Assembly: GCA_044359815.1 (NCBI GenBank)
Contig: JBIKLL010000004.1
Span: 1 to 64,000, forward strand
From: Pseudobdellovibrionaceae bacterium
GTDB lineage: Bacteria; Bdellovibrionota; Bdellovibrionia; Bdellovibrionales; Bdellovibrionaceae
DNA: 64,000 nt
Direction: 5' to 3'
In this document: positions 19,811 to 30,084 of the stretch, in pieces
Layout: every line of letters begins with the position of its first letter
How positions within the stretch are numbered: position 1 is the stretch's first letter
Position numbers and translations under genes: made by a program
Notes under the pieces: model-generated
The model's database searches: none
Seen by the model: only the letters and a program-made list of their open reading frames with translations
Told to the model about the DNA's origin: nothing

Positions 19811-20201
19811 TTTCGGTTTTTATCTGATCCAGTATTCCATTTATAAATGCACCAGATTCAGTAGAACCGTATTTTTTGGCAATTTCAACTGCTTCATTAA
19901 TAGCAATATTTGGTTTGAGCACAGGGCTCATATAACACATTTCAAAGGTAGCAATACGCAGAATATTAATATCTACCAGGGGCATCCGACTGAGCTTCCA
20001 GTTTCGGCTGAGTGATTGGATTTTTTGATCAATGACGGCTTTGTGTTCGTTCACACCATTGATGATGACATCTGCGTAATCAATAATTTCTTTGTCAACA
20101 CTGGATTCAAACACCTGCAGGATATCGTCAAAGGAAATCTGCGGAGCAAATTCAATTTGAAAAAGTATCTGTAATGCCAGTTCTCGGGCTTGTCGTCGCA
20201 T
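19794..20201 (-). CDS. nusB: Transcription antitermination factor NusB
   Basis: RRQARELALQILF, NWKLSRM..VD.NILR, AINEAVEIAKKYG, FINGILD. Confidence 0.95.
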   Translation of the reverse strand: MRRQARELALQILFQIEFAPQISFDDILQVFESSVDKEIIDYADVIINGVNEHKAVIDQKIQSLSRNWKLSRMPLVDINILRIATFEMCYMSPVLKPNIAINEAVEIAKKYGSTESGAFINGILDQIKTENGKTE

Positions 20202-20733
20202 GCAGGTCCTTTTTTGAACTGGAATCACTATCAATTCTGGGGTCTGTTGGCAAACTAAGTTGCAATCCTTTGATGGTCACGTCGATATTTTCACTGCCCT
20301 CAAGAGTTTCTACAAATTCCTGCACATCTTTGAAGGTTCGATAGACGCTGGCAAAACGAACATAAGCGACATCATCCAATAATTTTAATTCCATCATGAC
20401 TCGGGATCCGATCAATCTGGATGAAATTTCTTTTTCACCAGTGTTTATAATCCATGCTGAAATTTGATCGACCACAGTTTCAACCTGCGACAAACTGATT
20501 GGTCGTTTTTGGCAAGCTGCCTGTATGCCTTTTAGGATTTTTTCGCGGGCATAGGGTTCACGCCTGCCGTCTTTTTTGATCACATAGGGGTAGGATAGAT
20601 TTTGCTGTTCCACCGTGGTGAATCGGGCCTTGCATTTAAGGCATTCGCGCCGGCGCCTGATTGATAGGCCATCCTTTTGCTCGCGAGTGTCCAAAACACG
20701 GTCTTCGTTGTGTCCACAATATGGGCATTTCAT
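20152..20733 (-). CDS. nrdR: Transcriptional repressor NrdR
   Basis: MKCPYC, IRRRREC..C..RFTT, ATP-cone, DDVAYVRFASVYR. Confidence 0.96.
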   Translation of the reverse strand: MKCPYCGHNEDRVLDTREQKDGLSIRRRRECLKCKARFTTVEQQNLSYPYVIKKDGRREPYAREKILKGIQAACQKRPISLSQVETVVDQISAWIINTGEKEISSRLIGSRVMMELKLLDDVAYVRFASVYRTFKDVQEFVETLEGSENIDVTIKGLQLSLPTDPRIDSDSSSKKDLHATTSPRTGITDTFSN

Positions 20734-20814
20734 AATCAAACCTTTGCCTGAACTTCGATCCAGGTCAAGGCAAGGGCAATTGACCACAGGGTAATTTCGC
20801 GATAAGTCATTTAA

Positions 20815-21420
20815 ATGCGCAAATGTATATGGGTTTTGATAGCAATATTGGTTTCAAGTGTGTCGTGGGGAAAAGAACCCCTGGTAGGCCGTGAGGCTGC
20901 ACAAAAGTATTTTGATAAAGAGCCTAGGACAACCACATTTTCAGAAGGCGACAGTTTGCTGATGTTGCATGTGGGTGGTTACGTTAATTCACAATCCTAC
21001 CTGTGGAAGGGTTCTGAAAAACGCGAGGGCGTTGCTAAAGCTACCTATGGAATTACCTATCTGGTTGATCAATGGAGCGGGTTTGACGTTGATATCAGAG
21101 CTGATTTTACAGAATACGTTTTGGATGAAGTCCGCCCGACCAAATTGTCAGTCATGCCGCTTTTTACCTTTCCCAAAGCTGAATCACGTTTTCCGCTGTA
21201 TTTTGGATTTGGAGCGGGCTTGGGGATATTCTTTACACAAGTCGAAGGCGAATCTAACCTGTCGATGGATTACCAGCTGATTGCGGGTACAAGATTTATA
21301 AACCTGATGGGAAATTTTGGACTGTTTGCAGAATATGGTTTAAAAAATCATCTGCACGTTTTGTCAGATGGTCAATTGAACGGAACTTTTTTATCGGGTG
21401 GAGCCGTTTTTTCTTTTTAA
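20815..21420 (+). CDS. Putative small outer-membrane beta-barrel protein
   Basis: Signal peptide, LYFGFGAGLG strands, terminal F. Confidence 0.65.
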   Translation: MRKCIWVLIAILVSSVSWGKEPLVGREAAQKYFDKEPRTTTFSEGDSLLMLHVGGYVNSQSYLWKGSEKREGVAKATYGITYLVDQWSGFDVDIRADFTEYVLDEVRPTKLSVMPLFTFPKAESRFPLYFGFGAGLGIFFTQVEGESNLSMDYQLIAGTRFINLMGNFGLFAEYGLKNHLHVLSDGQLNGTFLSGGAVFSF

Positions 21421-21423
21421 TTT

Positions 21424-22620
21424 ATGTCACTTCAAAAACAACCATGGAATCATAAACTACTTGCTGTATCCATTGAGCAAGCATTGAAAGATATTTTTCA
21501 CAGCAACAGACATGCTGACAAAGTCATTGAGTCTTACCTGTTTCAAAACAAAAAATGGGGATCCCGGGACCGTCGGTATTTTGCAGAAGCTACCTACGAC
21601 ATCGTTAGAAATTGGAGATATCTGAATTTTCTGGCGGGTGGCGAGGGCAGTGATGTTTTTGATATTTTGAGGATCTATCATTATTTGAAAGACCAAACAC
21701 CCACGTGGGGCACTTTAAGTGCGTCTGAACAATCCAGTATCAATCATAAATTAAAAATTCCTGTATCAAACGCCATCAAAGAATCTTTTCCTGATTGGTT
21801 GGACAATTTAGCTGAACAAGAGCTGCCAGGAACATGGTCGAATGTGATCAAAAAACTGAACACTGTGGCGCCGGTGGATCTGCGGGCCAATAGTTTAAAA
21901 ACTGATGCGAAAAAACTGCGTGAGCTGTTGTCAAAAGAATCTGTCGACGTAGAAATTTTAAGTGATTTCACCTTGTCTTTACCCGTCAGGAAAAATGTTT
22001 TTGTCACAAAGGCGTTTAAAGATGGCTTGTTCGAAGTGCAAGACAGATCATCGCAGTTGGTGGCTCCGTTTTTAGATGTGCAACCAGGCCACAGAGTCAT
22101 TGATGCTTGTGCGGGTGCGGGGGGTAAGAGCCTGCATTTGGGATCATTGATGAAAAACAAAGGTAAAATAATCGCCTTAGATATCAATGAAAAAAAATTA
22201 ACAGAACTTAAAAAACGAGCTGCCAGAAACGGGATTGATAATATCGAAACCAGATTGATCGAATCCAGCAAGGTCATCAAAAGACTGCAGGATTCGGCTG
22301 ACAGATTGTTATTGGATGTGCCTTGTTCGGGGTTAGGGGTTTTAAGACGCAATCCTGACAACAAATGGAAACTGACTAAGGAAAAGGTCGAAGAGCTTTG
22401 GCAGCTGCAGAGAAAGCTTCTGGCCGATTACAGCCCCATGCTTAAATCAGGTGGGCTGATGGTTTATTCTACCTGCAGTGTTTTACCTAGCGAAAATCAA
22501 AACCAAATAAAATGGTTTCTGGAAAACTTCCCCCAATTTAAATTAATAACTGATATTAAAATTTTGCCAGGTCCAAATAAGGGCGATGGCTTTTATATGG
22601 CGTGCTTACAGAAGTCCTAA
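21424..22620 (+). CDS. RsmB/NOP family RNA m5C methyltransferase
   Basis: FEVQD, DACAGAGGKS, DVPCSGLG, YSTCS. Confidence 0.93.
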   Translation: MSLQKQPWNHKLLAVSIEQALKDIFHSNRHADKVIESYLFQNKKWGSRDRRYFAEATYDIVRNWRYLNFLAGGEGSDVFDILRIYHYLKDQTPTWGTLSASEQSSINHKLKIPVSNAIKESFPDWLDNLAEQELPGTWSNVIKKLNTVAPVDLRANSLKTDAKKLRELLSKESVDVEILSDFTLSLPVRKNVFVTKAFKDGLFEVQDRSSQLVAPFLDVQPGHRVIDACAGAGGKSLHLGSLMKNKGKIIALDINEKKLTELKKRAARNGIDNIETRLIESSKVIKRLQDSADRLLLDVPCSGLGVLRRNPDNKWKLTKEKVEELWQLQRKLLADYSPMLKSGGLMVYSTCSVLPSENQNQIKWFLENFPQFKLITDIKILPGPNKGDGFYMACLQKS

Positions 22621-22750
22621 GGGGACAGCCTGATTCCGCAACATGTTATAGCTAGAATCAGCTGAAACAATCATTGTCTGTGAAAGTTTTTTTGCTATCC
22701 TTTGTGCAATCAATCGCAACGACGCGATTTTAATAAAACACGGAGGTCCT

Positions 22751-23470
22751 ATGAAACTAGCCCTTATTGCGGCATCACTGATTTCAATTGCTCAGCTTTC
22801 AAATGCTGAAGACGTTAATGGCGAACAAAGATATTACGAGATTAAATCTCCTAAAATCGAATTGATCGATCATTCTACCTATGATTTTCAGTCTTTTGCT
22901 GAAGGTATTGGTAAAGATTCTTGCAGCAAAAACGCTCCTTTGTTTATTGATGAACCGATGGATCCAATTGATGATATCAACATCATCATCGACAAAATTG
23001 TTAACTTGGGTAAAAAAGTTTGGAACGTTATCGAGCTGGGACGTCCAGTTGTTAACATAAAAACTGATATCGCCACTGCGATGCCTCAGGGTGCAAGATG
23101 TTGGATGGATTTGGCTCGTTGGAAAAATCCTGAAAGCAAAACCTACAAAGTGACTTTTGAAAATGGATTTGGCGCTGAAGTAGTTAGTTTTGAATACAGA
23201 ATTGTTTATTTGTACGGCGGCGAAGTTAAAGGAAAAGGTAAATACATTGGTTACACGACCACTGTGCCTGCCAATATCCGAGTTCAGTTTGGTTTCAACC
23301 TAGAACTGGCTTCTAACGTTCCTACAGTTTACAATTTGGGTTCAAACTCAAATCCAGTAGGCGGATTGCAAATGGATCTTAAATGGAAAGTTTCGACTGT
23401 TATGACTGACAATCGAGGCGCCAGCTCATTTACAATTGATGGAAACGGAAATTTCAAAAAGTTAAATTAG
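22751..23470 (+). CDS. Secreted hypothetical protein
   Basis: GGAGGT RBS, signal peptide. Confidence 0.8.
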   Translation: MKLALIAASLISIAQLSNAEDVNGEQRYYEIKSPKIELIDHSTYDFQSFAEGIGKDSCSKNAPLFIDEPMDPIDDINIIIDKIVNLGKKVWNVIELGRPVVNIKTDIATAMPQGARCWMDLARWKNPESKTYKVTFENGFGAEVVSFEYRIVYLYGGEVKGKGKYIGYTTTVPANIRVQFGFNLELASNVPTVYNLGSNSNPVGGLQMDLKWKVSTVMTDNRGASSFTIDGNGNFKKLN

Positions 23471-24234
23471 AAATAAAAAGCCAGGCCTCCGTTAATGCCT
23501 GAACGAGAGGTCGAAGACACACTGGCAGTGTTGTCTTTGATCTCTTGTGTTTCTTGATAATAATTGCCAAAAATTCTGGTAGCACCAAAATCTACAAATA
23601 AGCCAGCTTCTGACATAGTCCCTGAAACCTCACCTAAAGCTAAATCCGTATAAGGTAAAAACGTTCTGTACAGCCCCAGTAAGCCAAAATGCCGACTGAT
23701 ATAAATATTTAAATCTGCCGACGCAAATTGGTTTCTGAAAAAATAATTTGTGCCCGAAATTTCTGTGGATTTGTTTCTGATCCCGTATTGCAAAATCAAA
23801 TGAGTTCCCTGAACGGCATTACCCATAATGCGCAGATTAACTGATCCTGCCAGATCAGTGAATTTTTCCAGCCAATTGTTTTCGTATTCAGCAACTAAGC
23901 CTATTATTGTTGCAAAGGTTCCCAGTTTGCCGATCACGCTTTGACGGGTTTCCTGCAGACTGGATCCTGAATTAGTTCTGTTATAGGAAAAGTAGCTGGC
24001 GCTAATAAACGATTCGTAAGGACTGGGGGAATACATGGCTAGCCATAAATCCATCATCTTGTTGCGCTCTTTTTGATCGAGCCATTGTTGTAAGGTCCAT
24101 CGGCTGCCTTCTTTGTTTTGCGCTTTTTGTCTGAAATCAAATTTTCCAGATCTGCCCGATCCGTCGAATGCAACAGAATTCAATGATAATGCTAAAAGCA
24201 GAAACATAATTGCGTATCGCATGATGACATCCAT
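23467..24234 (-). CDS. Secreted hypothetical protein, possible beta-barrel
   Basis: Signal peptide, C-terminal GGLAFYF. Confidence 0.7.
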   Translation of the reverse strand: MDVIMRYAIMFLLLALSLNSVAFDGSGRSGKFDFRQKAQNKEGSRWTLQQWLDQKERNKMMDLWLAMYSPSPYESFISASYFSYNRTNSGSSLQETRQSVIGKLGTFATIIGLVAEYENNWLEKFTDLAGSVNLRIMGNAVQGTHLILQYGIRNKSTEISGTNYFFRNQFASADLNIYISRHFGLLGLYRTFLPYTDLALGEVSGTMSEAGLFVDFGATRIFGNYYQETQEIKDNTASVSSTSRSGINGGLAFYF

Positions 24235-24297
24235 TTCTTTTTTGTTGTTCAGTTTTCATAGTAAAAGAGGACTCTACAGTTAGGGAGCAATTCTTTT

Positions 24298-25377
24298 ATG
24301 GTTCACGATTTAAGTCCTTTTTTATGGCAAATAAAAGGTGATTTTGGGATTCGATGGTACGGACTTTCCTACATGCTGGGATTTATTGTTGCGTACCTGC
24401 TGGCCAGATGGATAATCCAAAAACAGAGAATGGGTTTGACCATAGATCAGTTGGGAGATTTTGCGACCTATTGTGCGATTGGTACTTTGGTGGGAGGTCG
24501 ATTAGGTTATTGTTTGTTTTATGCTCCCGAATTGTTTTTGCAGTTTAAATCAAGTCTTCCTTTTTGGGGTGTGTTGGCTGTCAATGAAGGCGGCATGGCC
24601 AGTCACGGTGGAATCATCGGGTTGGTTTTAACGGCGATTATTTATTCAAAGCGTACAGGCATTCCGCCTTTGTATTTGTGTGATCTGATTTGTTTTGGTG
24701 GAACAATTGGAGTTGGCTTTGGTCGGATTGCTAATTTTATCAACGGAGAATTGATCGGCAGACCGGCCAGCCCAGGATTTCCCCTGGCCGTAAAATTTCC
24801 CCAGGACATGTATCAGTGGCCAGCCACAGACACCGAACGCTTATCACAAATCGCTGACGTGGTCGCCATGGTTCCTGGCAGTGAACAGTACCAACAAATC
24901 AGCAGGGAAAAATGGCTTGAACTGGTTTCACAGTACAAAGTTGATCCAGGTGCAAAAGCCCAGGTTCATTATTGGATACAAGCCACAATCGATGCCATTC
25001 AACATGGGCAGCAGCAAATTAAGTCAGCCATTGAGCCTTTTTTAATCGCCAGACATCCATCACAGTTGTATGCAGCAATGTCTGAAGGATTTTTGATTTT
25101 TATTATTTTGTTTTTAATGTGGCGCAATCCCAGAAAGCCTGGGGTAATTGGCAGTTGGTTTTTAATCTTGTATTCGATTGGCAGAGTCACTAATGAAATG
25201 TTCAGAATGCCTGATGCCCATATTGGGTTTCAGTTATTTGGTTTGACCCGGGGCCAGTGGCTTAGCATTGCGATGTTGATTTCGGGATTTGTTTGTTTGT
25301 TTTTGTTTGGCAACAGATCGGCTTTTGCCGTTCACGGTTGGGGACACGATCATTCGGTCAGACTGCATAGGAAATAA
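24298..25377 (+). CDS. lgt: Prolipoprotein diacylglyceryl transferase
   Basis: IRWYG, GGRLGY, GGMASHGG, GRIANFINGELIGR, RHPSQLY. Confidence 0.95.
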   Translation: MVHDLSPFLWQIKGDFGIRWYGLSYMLGFIVAYLLARWIIQKQRMGLTIDQLGDFATYCAIGTLVGGRLGYCLFYAPELFLQFKSSLPFWGVLAVNEGGMASHGGIIGLVLTAIIYSKRTGIPPLYLCDLICFGGTIGVGFGRIANFINGELIGRPASPGFPLAVKFPQDMYQWPATDTERLSQIADVVAMVPGSEQYQQISREKWLELVSQYKVDPGAKAQVHYWIQATIDAIQHGQQQIKSAIEPFLIARHPSQLYAAMSEGFLIFIILFLMWRNPRKPGVIGSWFLILYSIGRVTNEMFRMPDAHIGFQLFGLTRGQWLSIAMLISGFVCLFLFGNRSAFAVHGWGHDHSVRLHRK

Positions 25378-25479
25378 TTGAAATCATGGAAATTGACGAG
25401 CTGACCGAGGTTAAAAATCATCGCTTAAAAGGGCCTTGATAAGGCAACCTTTGATTTTGTTTTTGAAAAGCTCAATCAG

Positions 25480-26784
25480 TTAGTTCAAAATTAATTTTTG
25501 GATCAGGTCCTCAGGTGTTTGCGAATGACTGTCCTGCTGGCCTGTTTTAAGGTTTTTTACCATAACTGTTTTTGATGCAGATTCTGATTCACCCAAAATG
25601 ACGGCATGGGAAGCTCCCAGTTTGTCGGCTTTTTTAAGGCTTTTGCCGACTCCTTGAAAGGGCAGCAGCAAACAACTGACTGAATTTAATTTACTGACTT
25701 GATTTGCGGTCAATTCTGGATTCATCGCTCTGCACATAACTGATTTTCTAAAATCATGGCAAAAATTTTGAATCTTTGAAACAGATGCTTCATCGGCAGC
25801 AATAAACACTAAATAATTTTTTTTAAAATCATTGGCTGGCATCAGCATTGACAAACGTTCTGTACCAGCAGCCCAGCCCACGCCGGCCACATCAGGGCCA
25901 CCCATTTCGCCAACTAATTTATCGTAACGACCACCTGCCAATATGGCGCTTTGAGCGCCTAGGTCCTTGGTTACAAATTCAAAAACTAAATGGTTGTAAT
26001 AATCAAAGCCACGAACCAAATGATCACTAACTGTGTAAGCAATTTTCTGAAGCGTCAGTTGGTTTTGAATGTCGGCAAAAATTTTCTGACTTTCGGGATT
26101 TAAGCATCCTGACAGTTTCGGAGCCGCTTCCAAAATTTTGTGATCCTTGGGGTCTTTGGAATCAAAAATCCTGAGTGGGTTTTTTTCTAGTCTGACTTTT
26201 GAAAAATCTGATAAGTCATTTTTAAATTGATTCAAATACTGAACCAGTTTTTCGCGGTGTTTGGCCCGTGAGACACTGTCGCCCAATGTGTTGATCTGCA
26301 GTTCGTAAGAAGTGATTTTAAGATTTTTTAAAATACTGTCAGCTAGCAATAAACATTCAACATCGGAAACCACGGGTTCACCACCCAAAAATTCAATCCC
26401 GATTTGGTTGAACTGTCGGTAACGACCCTTTTGCGGACGTTCGTGCCTGAACATGGGGCCAGAATAAAAAAATCTCAAAGGCAAATTTTGTGTCAATCCA
26501 TTAGAAATCAAAGCCCTGACTACTCCGGCCGTGCCCTCGGGGCGTAAAGTGATCGAATCGCCACCACGATCTGTGAAAGTGTAGGTTTCCTTGGACACCA
26601 CGTCTGAGGTTTCGCCCAATGAACGATGAAACACGTCTGTGAATTCAATTATGGGAGTGATTATCTCCTCAAAACCAAAAAGCTGTGCCGTATTCAGGGC
26701 AGTGGCTTCAATATGTCTGTGCAATGAGCTTTGAGGATCTAAAATATCTTGTGTGCCGCGCACGGGTTGGGTTTTGTGTGACAT
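25480..26784 (-). CDS. hisS: Histidine--tRNA ligase
   Basis: LRPEGTAG, MFRHERPQKGRYRQF, LVRGFDYY, GGRYD. Confidence 0.97.
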   Translation of the reverse strand: MSHKTQPVRGTQDILDPQSSLHRHIEATALNTAQLFGFEEIITPIIEFTDVFHRSLGETSDVVSKETYTFTDRGGDSITLRPEGTAGVVRALISNGLTQNLPLRFFYSGPMFRHERPQKGRYRQFNQIGIEFLGGEPVVSDVECLLLADSILKNLKITSYELQINTLGDSVSRAKHREKLVQYLNQFKNDLSDFSKVRLEKNPLRIFDSKDPKDHKILEAAPKLSGCLNPESQKIFADIQNQLTLQKIAYTVSDHLVRGFDYYNHLVFEFVTKDLGAQSAILAGGRYDKLVGEMGGPDVAGVGWAAGTERLSMLMPANDFKKNYLVFIAADEASVSKIQNFCHDFRKSVMCRAMNPELTANQVSKLNSVSCLLLPFQGVGKSLKKADKLGASHAVILGESESASKTVMVKNLKTGQQDSHSQTPEDLIQKLILN

Positions 26785-26878
26785 AGTTAATTTCTAACCG
26801 GTTTGACCGTGTGAGGCAACCATTGAAACACCAGATTGGCAACGGCACTATTAGTTGATGCAAATGATGGCGTGGAAA

Positions 26879-27343
26879 ATGAGTTCCAGAAATGTTCTTA
26901 TAAGCCTTTTGGTTTTTGTTATTTCAGTCAGCCTAGGGGCGCTGTTGTACCACACCTTGGTTTATAAAGTTCACGGTGATTATCAAGAAGTCGATTGGTA
27001 CAAACTGGGTGAACATGATTTTGTGTCAGGCATGACTCCGGATTCGCTTAAAATCCATGATGGTCAGAAGGTTAGGATTCCAGGTTTTATGGTGCCGCTT
27101 GAAGACAATATGCGAAAGGCCACAGTGTTTTTATTAGTGCCGTCGCCTCAAGCTTGCATCCATGTGCCGCCACCTCCACCCAATCAAATGGTGTTTGCTG
27201 AATCCGCGGATAACAAGGGGATCGAAGTCAGAATGTATGTACCCATTTGGGCCTATGGGGTGTTTCACATAAATAAAAAAAGACATCAGTTTGGTGAAAG
27301 TTCCTTTGAGATTAAGGTCGATAGAGTGGAGAATTATCAATAG
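26879..27343 (+). CDS. DUF3299 family protein
   Basis: VRIPGFMVPL, FLLVP...ACIHVPPPPPNQMV. Confidence 0.88.
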   Translation: MSSRNVLISLLVFVISVSLGALLYHTLVYKVHGDYQEVDWYKLGEHDFVSGMTPDSLKIHDGQKVRIPGFMVPLEDNMRKATVFLLVPSPQACIHVPPPPPNQMVFAESADNKGIEVRMYVPIWAYGVFHINKKRHQFGESSFEIKVDRVENYQ

Positions 27344-28018
27344 ATGGCAAAAGAAAAGAAAATCATTTTAGAACTGTCAAAGGTTCAGTTTAAATATCCG
27401 AATTCGATCCGAGATGTGTTGAGGATCCCCGAATTCAAAGTATTTAAAGGTGAAAAAGTTTTTTTGTTTGGTCCTAGTGGTAGTGGCAAATCCACTTTGC
27501 TTGAAATCATGGCAGGAATATTAAATGTGACCAGTGGTGATTTGAGGATTTTAGATCAATCGTTGGCGTCCATGAAATCCCATCAGCGGGACCAATTTCG
27601 AGCTCAGCACATTGGATATATCTTTCAAAGTTTTAATTTGCTGCCGTATTTGTCAGCCGAGGACAACATCCTATTGCCGTTAAGACTGCAAAATCGTGTC
27701 GGTGAGCTGGATGAAATTCAAAAAATAACAAAGGCCCTGGGAATCAATGATGTGCTTTTTAAAAAATCCAGGTCGTTAAGTATTGGTCAGCAGCAAAGGG
27801 TGGCTGCGGCCAGAGCATTAATAGTAAAACCTGAAATTTTGCTGGCTGATGAACCTACTTCGTCTTTGGATTATGATCACCGCGAGAAATTTATCGAATT
27901 GTTATTTAAGATTGCTGAAGAGCGGGGAACGACAATTATTTTTGTCAGTCATGATAAACAATTGGAGAAACTGTTTGATCGCAGAGTTTCAATTCAAGAA
28001 ATGAACAAGGGATTTTGA
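27344..28018 (+). CDS. ABC transporter ATP-binding protein
   Basis: GPSGSGKS, LSIGQQQRV, LADEPT. Confidence 0.94.
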   Translation: MAKEKKIILELSKVQFKYPNSIRDVLRIPEFKVFKGEKVFLFGPSGSGKSTLLEIMAGILNVTSGDLRILDQSLASMKSHQRDQFRAQHIGYIFQSFNLLPYLSAEDNILLPLRLQNRVGELDEIQKITKALGINDVLFKKSRSLSIGQQQRVAAARALIVKPEILLADEPTSSLDYDHREKFIELLFKIAEERGTTIIFVSHDKQLEKLFDRRVSIQEMNKGF

Positions 28019-29280
28019 TGTATTTACTAAGTCTTGCTGTTGAATCTTTAAAAAATCGTATGATGACCAGTTTACTGACTGTATTTTCAGTCGGGCTCAG
28101 TTCCTGTTTATTGTTGTCAGTTGAAAAAATCAAAAGAACTTCAGAGGAAAGCTTTACGGGCTCTATCAGCCAAACAGATCTGATCGTGGGGGGTAAAACC
28201 AGTCCCATCAATTTGCTGCTGTACACAGTATTTAATATTGGCAGTCCATCGAATAATGTTTCAGCTGAAGCTTTTGAAAAATTTAAAAGCCACTCGGCGG
28301 TGGAATGGGCAATTCCGATTTCACTGGGGGATGGGCATAAGGGATTTAGAGTCGTAGGAACGAATCAGGATTATTTTAAACATTTTCGGTTTCATGGAGA
28401 TAAGTCCCTGGATTTTCAGCAGGGTGGGATTTTACAGAGCCAGTTTGATGCCGTTATCGGTGACAAAGTTGCCAGTCAGTTAAATTATAAATTAGGTGAT
28501 AAAATAGTCCTGTCACATGGAGTGACAAATACAGAAGGCTTTATTCACCATGACCAAGACCCTTTTGTGGTCGCAGGAATTTTGAAAAGCACAGGGACAT
28601 TGATCGATCGCACGGTTTTTGTTTCGCAAGACGGACTGGCAAATATCCACCGCGAGCACAATGGGGATAGCCAGAATAAGGGCGAATCTGAAAAAGTTCA
28701 AAATGATCTTAATCACCCAGCTGCGGAATATCCCATCACTGCTTTTTTTGTGCGAACCAAAAACCGCATCGAAGTTTTAAGTTTGCAGAGAGAAATCAAT
28801 GAATACAAAACGGAACCTCTGTTGGCTACCATACCCGGAGTGGCCTTGGCTGAATTGTGGCAGGGACTTGGTTATTTTGAAAATGCTTTGATGGGGATTT
28901 CTTGGATGGTGCTGGTGTCAGGAATGGTTTCAATGCTGATAGCATTGCTGTCGACATTGAATGAACGCCGTCGTGAAATGGCCATCCTGAGGGCTCTGGG
29001 TGCAAGCTTAAATCATATTTCTGCACTGTTGTTGATTGAATCTTTTTTGCTGACATTGCTTGGAGTTTTTTGCGGAGTAGGACTGCATTTGTTGTTGTTT
29101 AATGGATTGGCTGGGATTCTGGAAACTGAATTTGGAATTTACGTCACACAGTCTGATTTTGTTTTACGTGAATATTTAATTTTGTTCTCTGCTGTGGTGT
29201 TAGGATTTTTGGTTGGATTAATACCAGCTTACAGGTCCATGAAATTATCACTGAAAGATGGATTGTCGGTTAGGCTGTAA
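28018..29280 (+). CDS. ABC transporter permease (MacB/FtsX type)
   Basis: DLIVG...LLLYTVF, PISLGD.HKGFRVVGT, ERRREMAILRALGA. Confidence 0.9.
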   Translation: MYLLSLAVESLKNRMMTSLLTVFSVGLSSCLLLSVEKIKRTSEESFTGSISQTDLIVGGKTSPINLLLYTVFNIGSPSNNVSAEAFEKFKSHSAVEWAIPISLGDGHKGFRVVGTNQDYFKHFRFHGDKSLDFQQGGILQSQFDAVIGDKVASQLNYKLGDKIVLSHGVTNTEGFIHHDQDPFVVAGILKSTGTLIDRTVFVSQDGLANIHREHNGDSQNKGESEKVQNDLNHPAAEYPITAFFVRTKNRIEVLSLQREINEYKTEPLLATIPGVALAELWQGLGYFENALMGISWMVLVSGMVSMLIALLSTLNERRREMAILRALGASLNHISALLLIESFLLTLLGVFCGVGLHLLLFNGLAGILETEFGIYVTQSDFVLREYLILFSAVVLGFLVGLIPAYRSMKLSLKDGLSVRL

Positions 29281-29757
29281 ATGAGTGATGAGAAAAATTA
29301 TATTACCCCCGAGGGTATTGCGAATCTGAAGAAAGAATTTGAACAGCTGTTTCACAAGGAACGACCTAAGCTGGTTGAAACCATTGCTTGGGCAGCCAGT
29401 AACGGCGACAGATCAGAAAATGCTGATTACATTTATGGTAAGCGCAGGCTTCGAGAAATCGATAAGCGCATCAGGATACTGACTCAAAAAATTGAAAACG
29501 CAGAAATCGTAGATCCTAAAACCATCAAAGCTGATAAGGTCCTGTTTGGAGCAACTGTTTCAATCGAAGATGAAGACGGAAATTTGAAAACCTATCAAAT
29601 CGTGGGCGAAGATGAGTTTAAAATCGAAGAAGGTAAAATTTCTTGGAAATCCCCTTTGGCCAAATCATTGTTGGGCAAAAAGCTTGATGATGAAACGGTT
29701 GTTAAAAAACCCAGCGGCGAAGCCACCATCACTATCGTGGGCATCAAATATATTTGA
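29281..29757 (+). CDS. greB: Transcription elongation factor GreB
   Basis: NYITPEG, WAASNGDRSENADYIYGKRRLREID. Confidence 0.95.
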   Translation: MSDEKNYITPEGIANLKKEFEQLFHKERPKLVETIAWAASNGDRSENADYIYGKRRLREIDKRIRILTQKIENAEIVDPKTIKADKVLFGATVSIEDEDGNLKTYQIVGEDEFKIEEGKISWKSPLAKSLLGKKLDDETVVKKPSGEATITIVGIKYI

Positions 29758-29772
29758 GAGTTAGCAAAATGG

Positions 29773-29998
29773 AATTTTATTGAAAAAAACTTCGTCGGCT
29801 CCCTTTTGCTGCTGAAATTATAATTCGAATAAATAAATCTACTTAAAAAGACCACAGCTCCTGCTTCTCTGCTCGGGCCAGGCCCCCGCCGTCCAGGCTC
29901 CGCAGAGGGTCTTTCTAAGTAGATTTATTTATTCGAATTATAATTTCAGCAGCAAAAGGGAAGCGGTCTAAAATGGGTATTCCCATTCAATAAAATTT
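29773..29998. repeat. Long inverted-repeat element, family I, copy 2
   Basis: Arms 29800-29853 / 29908-29961 (one mismatch) plus outer pair 29773-29784 / 29987-29998; same core as 1653-1700 with an 8-nt insertion. Confidence 0.92.
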
Positions 29999-30031
29999 GA
30001 TTGTTCTCAGGTGTGTGAGGCTGATTTGGGT

Positions 30032-30065
30032 AAAAAAAAAGCCGATGGTTTAGATCGGCTTTTTT
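30032..30065. terminator. Bidirectional intrinsic terminator
   Basis: A9-GCCGAT-loop-ATCGGC-T6 between convergent genes. Confidence 0.8.
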
Positions 30066-30084
30066 GAATAAAAACAGGGTAAAA

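Noticed and set aside
25378..25479. Weak hairpin between lgt and hisS as another family member
   Set aside because: Only short imperfect pairing and neither family core is present
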